DNA of 63,981 nt, the filler included, from Pelomyxa schiedti (taxonomy: Eukaryota > Protista > Evosea), in NCBI GenBank assembly GCA_020536535.1. It is 8 parts of 8 records of this genome, joined end to end, with 100 filler letters (N's around TTAATTAATTAA, not from the genome) between each part and the next. Parts side by side here need not be neighbours in the genome. Positions count along the whole stretch, not along the records: positions 1 to 25,561 come from JAHLWZ010001047.1; 7 more parts are not named here. One strand, written 5' to 3'. Positions 1-12,154 of this stretch are shown here, piece by piece (within the stretch, counting starts at the first letter, position 1; each line of letters opens with the position of its first letter). Under the pieces are notes generated by a model. It searched no databases, was not told the origin of the DNA, and saw only the letters and a list, made by a program, of their open reading frames with translations. The position numbers were made by a program, and so were the translations under genes.

Positions 1-197
1 TTGATGATGGGAGTCTCACCACAGCGCCGACGTTGCCTTGTTCGACGAAAAAGGGGTTTCGTTTGAACGAAGTTGGGGTGACAGGTCGTACTTTTCCCCC
101 CAACTTTGCTCACAATTGAAAGAAAGCCAAAGGGGATTAATGAATTACAAACTCATCAAAATGAACACAGGTTGGGGGTAGGGGGGGTTGGTCACCA

Positions 198-3100
198 TCA
201 TTCTTGCCTGGACTTGTTGATGCTGTTGCTGTTGGTAGTGAACAGAGAAGAAGGGGGTGGCTTAGAAGGAGGAGGTGGGGCTGGTGCTGGTGAAGAAGAT
301 GATGACAGATTGGACAATGCATTGGGACATGTCACAGAGGGCTGTGATGGGCTCCGTGACCGCGTGTTTGTTGGTGATGGTGCATGCTGTGGAAGCGGCG
401 GTGCTGCGTGTGGCTGTGATTGCTGTGATTGAGATAGTGAGGTGGTAGTGGTAGTGGTGGTATTGTTTGTTGTGGATGTGGTTGGGTGGGGTGGTGGTGG
501 CTTGATGGGTGCCCTTGGGGGAAGTGTTGGTGGTGTGTTGTTGGATACCCCCGGTTTTGGTTGGGATTGTAATGGTGATTCTGACAGAGTGGTTGTGGTT
601 GTAGGTACAGCAGGCGGAAGCTTGGGTGATGTGATTGTTCCGGGTGTGAGGAGTGATGAGGGAAGCGCTGGGGGAGGGTGCGAGGGGGGAGGTAGCTTGG
701 GCAGTGGCTTTGAGGGTGGGGGTGTGTGGAGCTGCTGCAACCATTGAGTCCTAGTCAATGGGGGAACCCCGTCTCTTGGCATTTCCGCGAGTTCCGTGAG
801 TGAGAATTTGGATGTCTCGATTTCCCCTAGTGAGCCGGACCTTCTTCTTGATGTTGATCCTGCAAAGCATGCGGCGTTACTGTAAACCACCCTTGGGAAG
901 AAGCGGGAATACCTTCTCGCACAGTTGCGAAATTGAATGCTTTCGGGCTTCGAGAGTTAGGACCCAAGGGTGGTGATAAATCGCGGCTGCGGCGGGAAGG
1001 GCGAAGAGTGGCCAGTCCCGTTCTGCTCATTCTACTACTGAGTTTTGCAGCTGTTGCGGCATCCACTGGAACAAATGGAGTTGTGTCTATGCCCATTAAG
1101 TGGGGAAGCTCAGTTGAGAGTAAAACTGCTCCCTCTTCCTGCGAATATTTGAATAGACCGGAAAGGATAATATCATACATACTTTGGGAAAGATAGTTTC
1201 GTAATGTACAATCATCAAATCAACAACTGGAACGAGTTTAGTGCCACTAGTGGTTTTTTTGGGCACAATTACCCATAAAGTGAAGCTTCATTGCTGTCAA
1301 AGTTTCCAGTGTTTCTGTCTGGGGTCTCAAAAGTGTGGGCCCGAAGACAGTACTTAAGTTTTCTGAAAGATTCATCAGCAAAGTGAAAAGGAGAGATGGA
1401 ACTGTACCACTAGCCATCTTATTTTCAGAAGAAAATTTGGAAACGTAATGTAACAACTCCAAAAACCACCTGAAAAAAAAAGTGGGAAACGGCTACTTGC
1501 CCAACTCCAAACCTGAGCAGGTAAAAATTGCTCTTGGGAAGTTTATCTACGACTCTCCGACAATGAGAAACAGAATTTGAAATCCCATCAGGGGAACGGC
1601 GATGGGCCTCATATCCTCGTGCAACTTCAATAAAATCGTCATAGAGATCAAATGTGAGCAAAGGTTCGGGCATCGTCCTTATGTAGTCTGAGGGTTGGAC
1701 CAAGTTTTGAAAGAGCAAACCTTAAAAACATGCCAATCAAGCCGCATGCTGTGTGCACATTGGAGCATGACTTGGCTTCTCCACTCTCCGCAAGTGATTT
1801 AAGCTGCTGCAGGGCAGCAAAGCTCCCAGGAACTCGAAATATACCCTCTGTCGTTACCTCTTTTGCAAGTAAGGAGTGACAAAACTAATACAGAGCACAC
1901 CAGGGAGAATGCACTGCGCACATAGCCACAAAACATCAGGAACTCCACCTCGCATCTCGGGAAATGCCTCTGCCAACTGCTCAGGACTCATGCCAAACTG
2001 CTGTTGTTTTCCTACAAGAGTAAATGTTTGGTGAAGACGCATCACGAGAATACCTTTTTTCTTCTTAATGGGTTTTGCTTTTGGAAGTGGTCTTCCTTTT
2101 GAGGAATTATCTTTTGGCTTTTCCGGTTCTTTTCAAGTGTGAGGCAACATTTACAGAAAAAGGAAGATTGTACCTGATTTTTTAAACCCAATTATGCCTG
2201 CTTTTGTTTTGTATTTCTATTGGGTTTTAGCATTAGAAACTAAAAGAGTACACTAACCTTTTTTTCCTTCTCGGATTGAGGAGAAGGACTGGGAGGGGTT
2301 GATTCATCTGTACATGTCAGTGAATGGGTGTTTTGGGAAGGCAAACCTATAATTATTCCAGCGCGCATCAGGTCCTCCTTTGAAACTCTATGGGAAAGAT
2401 GTTTGCTCAGTCGGTCAGCTGCTATAGCTCTTTCAAGTTGCCGTTTTTGTTCCACCAGGCTGGGGTCCACAGAATTGGGGTAAGCTAGTCACAAGATATT
2501 AGTTCCACTCGGTAAAGAAATTTAATTGTATCGTCATCTTTGTAAAAAAGAGAGTGTTAGCCACATGCTCCACGTACCGTGTAAAATGTTTTTTGCTTGA
2601 AGATCTTGCGGTTTAGATCTTTTCTGGAAAGAGGTCACTATTTCAAGCTACAGAAATATACGAGTCATACATTAAAAAAGAATGAGAGTAGTCCAGCAGT
2701 TTTCTTATGTGTAGCTATTGAGGGGGGGGGGGGGGAATCAAGTTAGCCAAAGTGCACACAACAGCAAGCTATGGTAGGTGTCTCAAAGAATAAAGAAAGA
2801 TAAAAAGGGTACCAGGGAGAGAGGGAGGGAGTGTACACTCACGGTTTGGCAGCGAAGTCGAAACACCGGGTGTCTTTGGCCCCCCTCCCGGCGGCGTCCC
2901 ACTAGCACCACCACCACTACTACTACTACTAATCGTCGAAGAAGAAGAAGTAGTAGTACTAGTACTCGTACTCGTAGTAGCCGTGGTGCCGGTGTTAGTC
3001 ACTACCCCCCCGCTACCACCACCACCACCACTGATGTCACCCATCGTCCCCGTGTGTCCCGTGCACGTGGACGACGTTGTTGTTGCTGTTGATGATGATG

Positions 3101-3740
3101 ATGAGGAGGAGGAGGAGGAGGAGGAGGAGGAGGAGGAGGAGGATGTCCTGAGGTCGGTGGATGTGGATGTGGCTGATGGGGGGGGGTCAGGGGGCGGCGT
3201 CGGCGTGTAGACCGCGGGGGTGGTGGCGGCGGGGGCGGCGGGGGTGGGGAACGAGGGGTGGTGGGCGTGCGTGTGGCCGCCGGTGGCGGGGGGCGGCGGC
3301 GGCGGGTGGGGCCGCGTCACCGCCGTGGAGTAGGCCCCCCCGCGCCCCGTGGTGGAGGTGGACGCGGAGGCCGAGTGCTGGTGGGCCGGGGACGGCGGCG
3401 TGGGCCGCGGCGGCGTCCGAGGAGGCGGCACCACCCCGCCGCTGCTGCTCGTCGTCATCGCCGTCGCCGTTGCAGTGGCGGAGGTGGCCGTCGTGGGGGG
3501 CGGCGCGGACGCGAAGAAAGAGGGCTCGTGCTGGGCCGCAGACCCCCCGCCGCCGCCGCCGTCGCCCGAGTCGGCGTCGGTGTTTGGCACCCAGCCCTCG
3601 AGGGGGGTGTCGGGCGGGGTGGCGGGGGGCGGGGGTGGGTGAGGGTGTGCGGGTGTGGGTGGCGCGCCGGGCGACGGCCGTTGCTGCGGGGGCGGTGGGC
3701 GCGGCCGGTTTGCAAGTCTACCGCGCTGGGGGTCGTCCAT
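198..3740 (-). CDS. RPEL-repeat Rho GTPase-activating protein with Pro/Ser/Thr-rich termini (multi-exon)
   Basis: RhoGAP motifs lie in successive exons: FGMSPEQL..GVPDVLWLC, TEGIFRVPGS (Arg finger, about 1820-1850), RTMPEPLLTFDLYDDF, LPKSNFYLL, SENKM..NLSTVFGPTLLRP. Two RPEL-like repeats: FQKRSKPQDLQAKNIL (about 2585-2640) and LSKHLSHRVSKEDLMRAGII (about 2350-2410). The 3' stop at 198 is tentative. Confidence 0.85.
3103..3142. repeat. (GAG)n trinucleotide run encoding poly-Ser in the RhoGAP first exon
   Basis: Directly visible run of GAG repeats; reads as poly-Ser on the minus strand. Confidence 0.9.
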
Positions 3741-4037
3741 GGGGTGTAGAGCGCTGCTAGAGAAGAACGAGAGCGAGTAGCTGGGTGGGCGGGAACTTTT
3801 TTGGCTGCCTTGGCGTAGCGCGTCGCTCCACGCGATTTCGTTGATTTTTCTCCTTTCTCAAGAATTGATGGATTGATCATCCGTACGAACCAAATTGCCG
3901 GATCCGTGCCACCATCCTTTGCCATGCTTCAACAGCACAAAAGATGAAGTATCGAAAAGAAGTAGCCTTGGTTTTCTGGCACTCTGAGTCCACACAATCA
4001 AGCATCGGTGAACATCTTTGGGTTGTAGACAAACAGA

Positions 4038-5695
4038 ATGTCGGGAGGCGCTGTGGGCAACAACAGCGGATTTGCGACACATCAGCAGCAGGTGGATCTT
4101 GACGACGGTGGCGCTCCGATACTGGATCTCGACGACTGCGGCAGCGTTGTGTCGACCGACAACACCGCGACTGTGGCGAGCCACTATAATGCCAGAGGAA
4201 ACTTGCAAGAAGGTTGTGCCGGCACAGTGCAATCACCAGCCAGAGCAAAACAAAATTGCCTGGTTTTTTGGAGTTCATTTTGACCAATGTGTGCTTCACA
4301 GACCAAAGGAAGAAGAGCCCTATTGCGAACTTGAGGAAATTCAACAACTGGGTGAAGCAAGCACTTATTAGGAGGTATACAAAGCCTTCGATGTCTGCTT
4401 TGGACATATGTGGCGGCAAGGGAGGTGATTTGAAGAAATGGTAGATTTTACTGACACTGCCGTTGATCCCCTCACCTCATCACTCTGCTAGGAATAGTGT
4501 TGGTGTAAGCCAGCTGGTTTTGTGTGACGTCGCACACAAGTCAATTGAGGATGCTCTAGAAAGGATCGTGCTTTGTAAAATGCAAGCGAGAACTTACCTC
4601 GTATCGGCAGATTGCTTTCTTGTATCATACTCCACACAACTACTTCGTTTCTCATGCGCGTCAGACCGATATAAATTCTTTATTACCTCCGTTTGTGGCA
4701 TTTGATGTTGTAAGCTGTCAATTTGCCCTGTAAGTGCCCACAACTCGTATAAGTCTCATCATTTACGTACAGACATTATTCATTCGAGAGTGAGGAAAAG
4801 GTGCGAGGTTTACTGTGCAACGTTACTACGAGATTAAAGCCTGTATGCGTACTTTTTGAATGTCACTCTTTCACATATTTTAGGGTGGCTTCTTTTTTGG
4901 TACCATTCCGGATGCAAATGTATTGGTAAAAAAACTCCGGAACACACCTGATCCAGGTTCGCATTTCTTGTTTTTGCGAACCTAGAGCTTTTAAAGCTGC
5001 ACTGTCCTTTGGAAACAGTGTTTTCAGAGTTGAGTTTGAACGGAAAGACCATTTTCCACAGTTCGGAGCAAAGTATGTATTCACATTGGCTGACGCTGTC
5101 GCATCAGTGCCGGAATGTTTGTATCCCTTCGAATTTCATTCCCTCTCTCATTTTCTTTCAGATCTTGTGCACTTGCCTACGCTGCGGGTCACCTCTCCCA
5201 GAATTCTCAATTTATTTACATCTTGCAGATGATCGCTAAGGAATACTCCTTGGAGCTTGTAAGCTGGGAATCCTTTCCTTGCATGTGGAATAAGTATCAA
5301 AACTCGGAATTTGGGGCAAGTGCCANNNNNNNNNNNNNNNNNNNNNNNNNNNNNNNNNNNNNNNNNNNNNNNNNNNNNNNNNNNNNNNNNNNNNNNNNNN
5401 NNNNNNNNNNNNNNNNNNNNNNNNNTCTCAATTTATTTACATCTTGCAGATGATCGCTAAGGAATACTCCTTGGAGCTTGTAAGCTGGGAATCCTTTCCT
5501 TGCATGTGGAATAAGTATCAAAACTCGGAATTTGGGGCAAGTGCCATGTATGTGTCTCCCCACGAGTGGGAGGCCATCCACCTCTACGGAGCCTTTGTAT
5601 TCCGGAAACTTGAAACAACCTCGCCACCCCCAGTCCCCTCCCACCCTTCACATATAATTACACTCCACAACAAAATGTTTGAGGACTATGACTGA
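4038..5695 (+). CDS. RNMT: mRNA cap guanine-N7 methyltransferase (RNMT/Abd1 family), multi-exon, spans the N-gap
   Basis: VASHYN, RKKSPIANLRKFNNWVK, SAM-binding LDICGGKGGDLKKW, FDVVSCQFAL/HYSFESEE, FFGTIPDA, EWEAIHLYGAFVFRK. Confidence 0.93.
5205..5546. other. Scaffold gap (100 N, 5326-5425) with a 121-bp exact duplication on both sides; likely unmerged overlap
   Basis: 5205-5325 is identical to 5426-5546. Confidence 0.9.
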
Positions 5696-5893
5696 AACCA
5701 ACCAGAACATCACACTGCACTCGTGCAGCTTACAAAAAGTCAACAATTGCAATACCCTATAACGAAATATGGTAAAAAAAAGAAAGAAAAAAGTAAAAAG
5801 ACTTTTTTTTATTCTTGTACATATTCCTGCTGGTTTGTACATATTTATGAGTTGATTCACAATGCACTGCACTCCATCCCCACACAAGCTAAG

Positions 5894-8800
5894 CTAGCTA
5901 GATGACTCTGATGAAGAATGTGCCTTGGGGTGTTTGTTGTTGTGCTTCTTATGTGCCCTATGGTGGTGGTGATGGTTCCGGCGCCGGTGCCTTTTTCCAT
6001 TGTCATCCTCGTACTCACTTGATGTGTCAGAGTCATGCGATGATGAAGAATGAGGAGGTTGTGTAGTGGTAGTAGTAGATGATGATGATTGGGGCTTGCA
6101 CTCAACATCATCACCAGTGAGAACAATGGCGAAATCAGAAGGGAGTATTGGCGTTGAGTGGGATGGGTTAGTGACCACGAATGGGTGCTGGTTGTCAAAG
6201 GCCTTTGCGGCCCGGTACAGCCCAATCACAATGGCACCACCATAGTGCAGGAGAACATGCTCAAACAAATCACCGAATGTCACAGTCTGCTTGTGCTGTG
6301 CGGAGTCTCAGTGACTGAGTAGAGGGGGTAATAAATACCTCCATTGACTTGAGGATTTGTTGTGGCAACTGCATGTGTATCATTCTACTTTGTTCTGTTG
6401 CTTGCTGGTAAGAAATAAATGAGCATGAATATGGGTTGAACAGAGAGAAGATGGTACTTGCGTGAGGCCAGGAATGAACTGTGTAATTAAATCAAACATT
6501 TGGTCTTGGAAGAACGGCTGTGCATAGTTAAATGTTGATGCGATTGTAATGTGTTTAGAGATACCTTTAGAATCATAGTGTGGAGGCTTTCACTACAGGA
6601 AACGCAGCCGGACGCTACAAGGTCGTGTGTGTAGAATGGCTTGTCAATGTCCTTATTATCGCAGAAGTACATGATGTTCTGTTGATGCTCTGTGTTGGGA
6701 GGATTTGTGATTCAATCGAGGCGGGTGTTTGTTACTCACTGAGTTCCAGTAGGATTCTTGGTTGATCAGTAAGAGAACCTGCCAAGAATCGCTTGATAAC
6801 AAGGTAGGTGAGAATCACAGCCTGAAAAGATGTATTAAGAGGTGCCGAGAAAATTAATTAAATACCGCATCGGACTGTTGCTGGGGTAGAAAGTCTGGAC
6901 TGGAAATTATTACAACTTTGCTTGCTCTGATACCGGCTCTTTCTAAGTCAAACGGATTCCTCATCGAACCCTTGAGATAGGTGAGGGAGTGGAAGGGGAA
7001 TAAATGGGTACTTCACCTTAACAATGTTAACTTTAGAAATGTTCTGAGCCATGAACAAAAGTTTCGGCTGCCCTGGTGTGAGTATGACAATGGGAGTCTC
7101 TTGATCAGCTTTACGAATGGTGGTTATTACATCACTTGTCCTTTTGAAGTGTGAATTAGGTTGATATTCATTGAATAGATGTGTACTCACGAAGAACAAT
7201 CCTCTGTGCATAGAATAATGTGCCCATTGAAACCTCTAGTGTTGAAAACAGTCAGACTATCGCATTGTGAAAGAATGAGGTCCTCAAAGTCAGGGTTCTC
7301 CTGGTTCTGGAAAATACTTACGAACTACAAATGCACGGGTGGAGGTCTCACCTTAGCGTAGATGACATTCAAGACTTGTGTGGACGAAACATCAGCCAGT
7401 GTGATTGATCTCTTCAGAGTGGCTGCTATTCTCCTGTGGGGAATTGCAAATAGGCTACGCAGGGTCGGTCTATTGGCTTCAGGGTTGTCATCGGCAGTAG
7501 TATCCTTCATAATTGGCTCAGAGTCTTCTTTATCACCTCCAAACCAGGCCGGTTCGTCACCACATTTGTGAGTTTGGGAGGGGGTGAAATCAGCCTTGTC
7601 TGCCCTAGCTTGTATGACAGGGGTATCCACATCAAAGTAGAACTTCATATTAGTCACTTCTGATTTACTTTGGGCCAACACAAAGAGGGTCTCGCATCCA
7701 GTTATAATGTAGTGTGGTCCCGGGTTTATAAGCACCTAGTACGAAATTAACCTGAGTCATAGAGAAGACTGTTCTTACTGTTTTATTGGTGTTTTCTGCT
7801 TTTTTGCTGAGTCCAATAACAAGGAGAGAATATTTCTCAAAGAAAGTCTAAAGTTGGTTAATAAAGAGTACATTCCGTCTGACATTTACCATTACTACAT
7901 CCGTGAAGGAACTTCCTTTCAGGTTCCCCTCTAACTCGAAACAGTATACTTCATTGCCAGCCCCTTCTACTGCAAGATGCTAAGTCTAACGAGTTGATGA
8001 ACATTTATATACAATATTGAGACTTCCAGATCAGCGAATCTTCTGCATCACGGATTGTGGCAAACAGATTGTAAAAAATAGCAGAAAACCCAGGGCACAC
8101 GGCATTGTATCCGATTATCATCTCGGATTCAGTTGAGGAGAAAGTTTATGAGGGGCACATTGTACTTTTTGCATCTTCTCAATTGAGTGAACAGTATACA
8201 CATTCTTATAGCCAAGTAACAATTTCTACAGAATTATTAAGTCTCGTCGTTTCAACCACTAAAATACTTGTGTAAATAGGTTCGCTAAGGAGACGTAAAT
8301 GGGTACATCAGCACTGAACTTTCGGATGGCATACGTTATGACAAGGGTCTCTAGAGACTGGTGAACTTAGAGGCAGAGAACGTGGAAAAAGGAACCTCTA
8401 TCTGCAACCATAGGGTCTGATGACGACATGGAGAACACAAACACAGCTGCTGCCTTGGCAAGATTCGCCCGGTTTTTCATTACAATAGGATCCTAAAATC
8501 GTTACTACATTGCCAGGCGGATGTAGGGGCCTACAGCACAGTTCCCAATCAAGAAAGTCACCTACCAAAGCTTAGTTAGAAACAGGTATGTGAACTAACT
8601 CACTCGTTTACTGAAAAACTCAACATTCAAAAACCTGTGAGGTTTGGGTTATTTCAAATACGGCGAAAGCACCCATACCTTTCAACAAAGGAATTAGGAT
8701 ACAATTCAGTAACTACGACTGCATGCGTATCTTGATATCCATTGTCCTTCAATCTTAAGCGGAGAAGAGGATTATATGAATGTATACCTCGTGATAGAAC

Positions 8801-9944
8801 TCCATGAAAAAGTCAGCAAGTCTTTCAAAATTTATCTGCACTTATGGTTAAGTGATAGGGTGGCGACTTCTCACATACATTTCCGCATATTATGATATGG
8901 CCTCTAGCCCGACTCGTTCCTGCATATCTATCAAAGACGAGAAGTGAATCTTTGAGAAAGGAAGTTCCGTGCCATACTTGGGAGCACTCTGTAACGTATT
9001 CACTAAGTTTCCCACTTGCATAGGCACAACACAGATAGCTATTGTAATGGAACATATAGCTACAAACTTCCCCAAGTCTAGGTGCTTGTGAGTAATTCAG
9101 TGAAAAAACTTGATAACCTACCGGTTAAAGGAAATATATCCCCGTAGCCAACAGAAGACAGAGTCTTTGACTATTAATTTTGCTTACTTACTTAGAGGTA
9201 CAAACCACAAATGCCCAGTATATGCAATGCCAAAGTTCCAGAGGGGGGTCATACAGCGTACTTCTTTTGTAAGTTTCAAAAAAGAATCCTCCACAAATAA
9301 ATGCAATGCAGAGAAGAAGGTAAACAACGCGGGCCAACTGGAATGGAAACTCAGATATTTCCGCTATTCATAAAATCTTAGGTAACGAAAGAACTCTGTT
9401 TCAACTTACAGAGAGGCCATTGAAGGCGAAACACGTTCCACACTATGTATATGTACGCACAACGCAGGAAATTGAAGTTGACATAGGCATCCAGCTTATC
9501 AATGTGCCCCCAGTCACCCATTGCAACTAGTATAGGAACTACAGTAAAAATATCCAACAGTAGCTGCCTATTAAAAAACCGCTTGAACCTTGAAAGGAAG
9601 ATTAGAACAGCCCATCACGATAGAATAATTGCACCAGGACTTTGTGTACATGATCTTGTGCAAGGCATTTAAAATAAACAGCAGGGCAACTACAAAATCG
9701 ACAATGAGAGTCTTATGCGACTGGCCCTCATAGGCCTCATACACATAAAAACAAACACTGAATAGATTCAGAACAATCATCGCAAATTGCTGAACAGAGA
9801 TAGGTTAGTCATAGGGAAAGCGCTCCCGGCCGTTTAAGATAAGTGATTGTTAGCAGAAATCTGATCACGCACCCAAGCCCTAAACGTGGGGGAATAAACG
9901 CTCGAAAACCAAAATTTAACGGTTTGCCTCTTGGTTTGAATCAT
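5894..9944 (-). CDS. Slo/BK-like 6TM potassium channel with two RCK domains (multi-exon)
   Basis: S1-S2 MIVLNLFSVCFYVYEAY..VDFVVALLFI; pore TLSSVGYGDIFPLT (about 9122-9165); RCK1 GHIIICGN; LINPGPHYIITGCETLFVLAQS; C-terminal IGLYR..PFVVTNP..DFAIVL typical of Slo RCK2. Start is approximate. Confidence 0.88.
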
Positions 9945-10604
9945 GCTACGACGGCAAATTAGCCCACAGTGTTGAGGGTATAGGTATATAATAATAATAC
10001 ACTTTCAAATCGACTCTCATAGCAAGGGTGACATGTATTTCAAACTACACACGTTTCCACGTTTCCATTTAGCAGGTCCAACTTGAACTGGTCTTGTTCA
10101 CTCAACATCGGTTCAGCATTGCTCCCACTCATTCTGCTCTCCCAACTCCCAAACCAACAAGAAACTCAAAAAAGGATTTTTTTGAATTTGTGTCGATTCA
10201 CTTTCAACGCCTCCAGGCTAGTTCCCACAATCCTTTGTACTACCGCCGACGGTACACGCCAACACCGCACCTCCTCAAGCAATGTGGTGTTTTTTCTGAT
10301 GGAACTGAGGCCTAGAACACAGATGCCTTCAACGACCGGAATTCACCAAAAACCCGAAAAAGTGACGAAAGTTGCCTTGTACGTTCTTGTTTTGTGTTGT
10401 CGATGGCAAACACCAAAGCGAAGTGTGAAGAACATTAAATTGATTTTGTGTTGTTGAACTTTTGTGTCAGCAAAAAAAGCAGACATAAGAGGGGTGCATG
10501 GTATGAATTGTGTGTTGGAATGGCATTTATGAATGGTTTAGCGTTGCATAGTGAAGAAGACTGAATTGTAGATGTGTACATGTTTCAGGTATGAATGGGT
10601 TTTG

Positions 10605-11925
10605 TTAAAACCGTTCATTTAGTCGGCCCGAAACACTTCTGAGGCGTGCATAAACCTTGCCGGGAGGAGCACCAAGAATAAGGCTTACTATGGAGTCTCT
10701 GGCTAGTTTTATATTGCTGTACGAACCAAGAATGTGTATTTTCCTGTACAATGCATGAGCAATTGGTACAGGATCAGGGATAACTTACTTGTCTGCCATT
10801 ACAATTCTTGTGCGGGTTGCATTCTCAATTGCGAACTTTGTTTTTCCGTTTTTACCGGCAACTCTACCTATTGCTCTGGAGAGATGCTCTCCGTGGAGGG
10901 ACTTAACTATAATGGGTGAGAATTATACTGCCACATAAAGGTGAATACCATCTCCTATTTCAAATGTGTCGATATACAAATCGTCTAGCCTAATGAGGGC
11001 AATGGCATCCTACAAAGAATTAAAAACGGGAATGCCGAGTTTGTAGAAGTACAGACTCTCAAATCAAATCCAAGAATGAATGCATGTACAAAGTCGGCTC
11101 CTTTCTGAAGAGAACCTAGGTCCTCTGTTTGAGGGGATGTCTGAGATAATCAATGCCACTGTCGGAATCAAGAAAAAAGAAACCTTCAGTTCCACCGACT
11201 TTGTTGCAGTATTCATTCGGACTTGGAGTTTGAGGTGATTGACAAGCGGTTCTATTACTACTGGCAGTTAGAGAGAGAGAGAGGAAAAAAATGTTCCTTG
11301 ATTGATGACTGACCTGTGAGCCAGTGTGTCTTTAACGCAGCAAGTCTATTTGGAGGTACGTGAATTTTTCTTACATCGTTTTCGTCCAGAATTTCGGCGG
11401 CATTTATCGGAGGGAAGCTTGGTGTGCCGGAAGTGGAAGTTGTGGACGATTGCTGCAATTGCTGAACAACAACCTGAGCCTGTTGCTGCAGTTGCTGCTG
11501 CAGCGGCTCCGCACTTTTCGGTGCAATTGGCAATAGCCCCCCGCCATCTTCTTCCTCGTCCTCGTCCTCATTCTCCTTCTCCTCCTCGCCCTCTTCTTCA
11601 TCGTCATCTTCCATGTCATCGTCATCATCATCTCCTAATTGTGGGAACGAAAAGAAGTGAGTGAGAGGAGTAAAACATAGAGCAGTCACGATAACGACAA
11701 AGAAAAAGAACATCCCATTATTACCATACACATGCACCCCAAGCACATAAGCAACAAACAAGCCGAGTAGGAAAAAGAGGCAATGAGCCCACCGTCATCG
11801 TCTTCGTCATTGTAGTCCTCGTCTTCTTCGTCGTCAACAACGTCGTCTTCGTCATTATGGGTTGGTGCCGTCACGTCGTCTTTGGCTGTCGGCGCTGCCG
11901 TCGTGGTTACGCGTAGCTTCCTCAT
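10605..11925 (-). CDS. PNO1: Pre-rRNA-processing KH-domain protein PNO1/Dim2 with acidic N-terminal extension
   Basis: RKIHVPPNRLAALKTHW, EPLVNHLKLQVRMN, LQKGADFVHAFILGF, DAIALIRLDDLYIDTFEI, C-terminus LILGAPPGKVYARLRSVSGRLNERF*. Confidence 0.95.
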
Positions 11926-12154
11926 TTCGTCCCGCAATTCAAGACTCACAAGGGTTCTAGGTTGTAATCGACAGGGAACGTGGGCGAGCGCCGCGGGCTT
12001 AATTAAAGAATGCAACTGCAATATCTGATCGCCGATTCTTAGAAGATTGAAGGAGTGTGGTTCCAAGTGAACTTGGCAGACAATAACAGACCTTCAATCT
12101 TCTAAGGACAAACGACAAAGCAGAACAACTGGAATTCCTTTTCTCTCCTTCTAA

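Noticed and set aside
106-3925. Multiple overlapping plus-strand Gly/Arg/Val-rich ORFs
   Set aside because: Antisense shadows of GC-rich, low-complexity RhoGAP exons; the same applies at 30472-31656, 41935-42917 and 53838-54743.
5205-5546. Exon duplication in the cap methyltransferase
   Set aside because: An exact copy on both sides of a 100-N gap is best explained as an assembly overlap.
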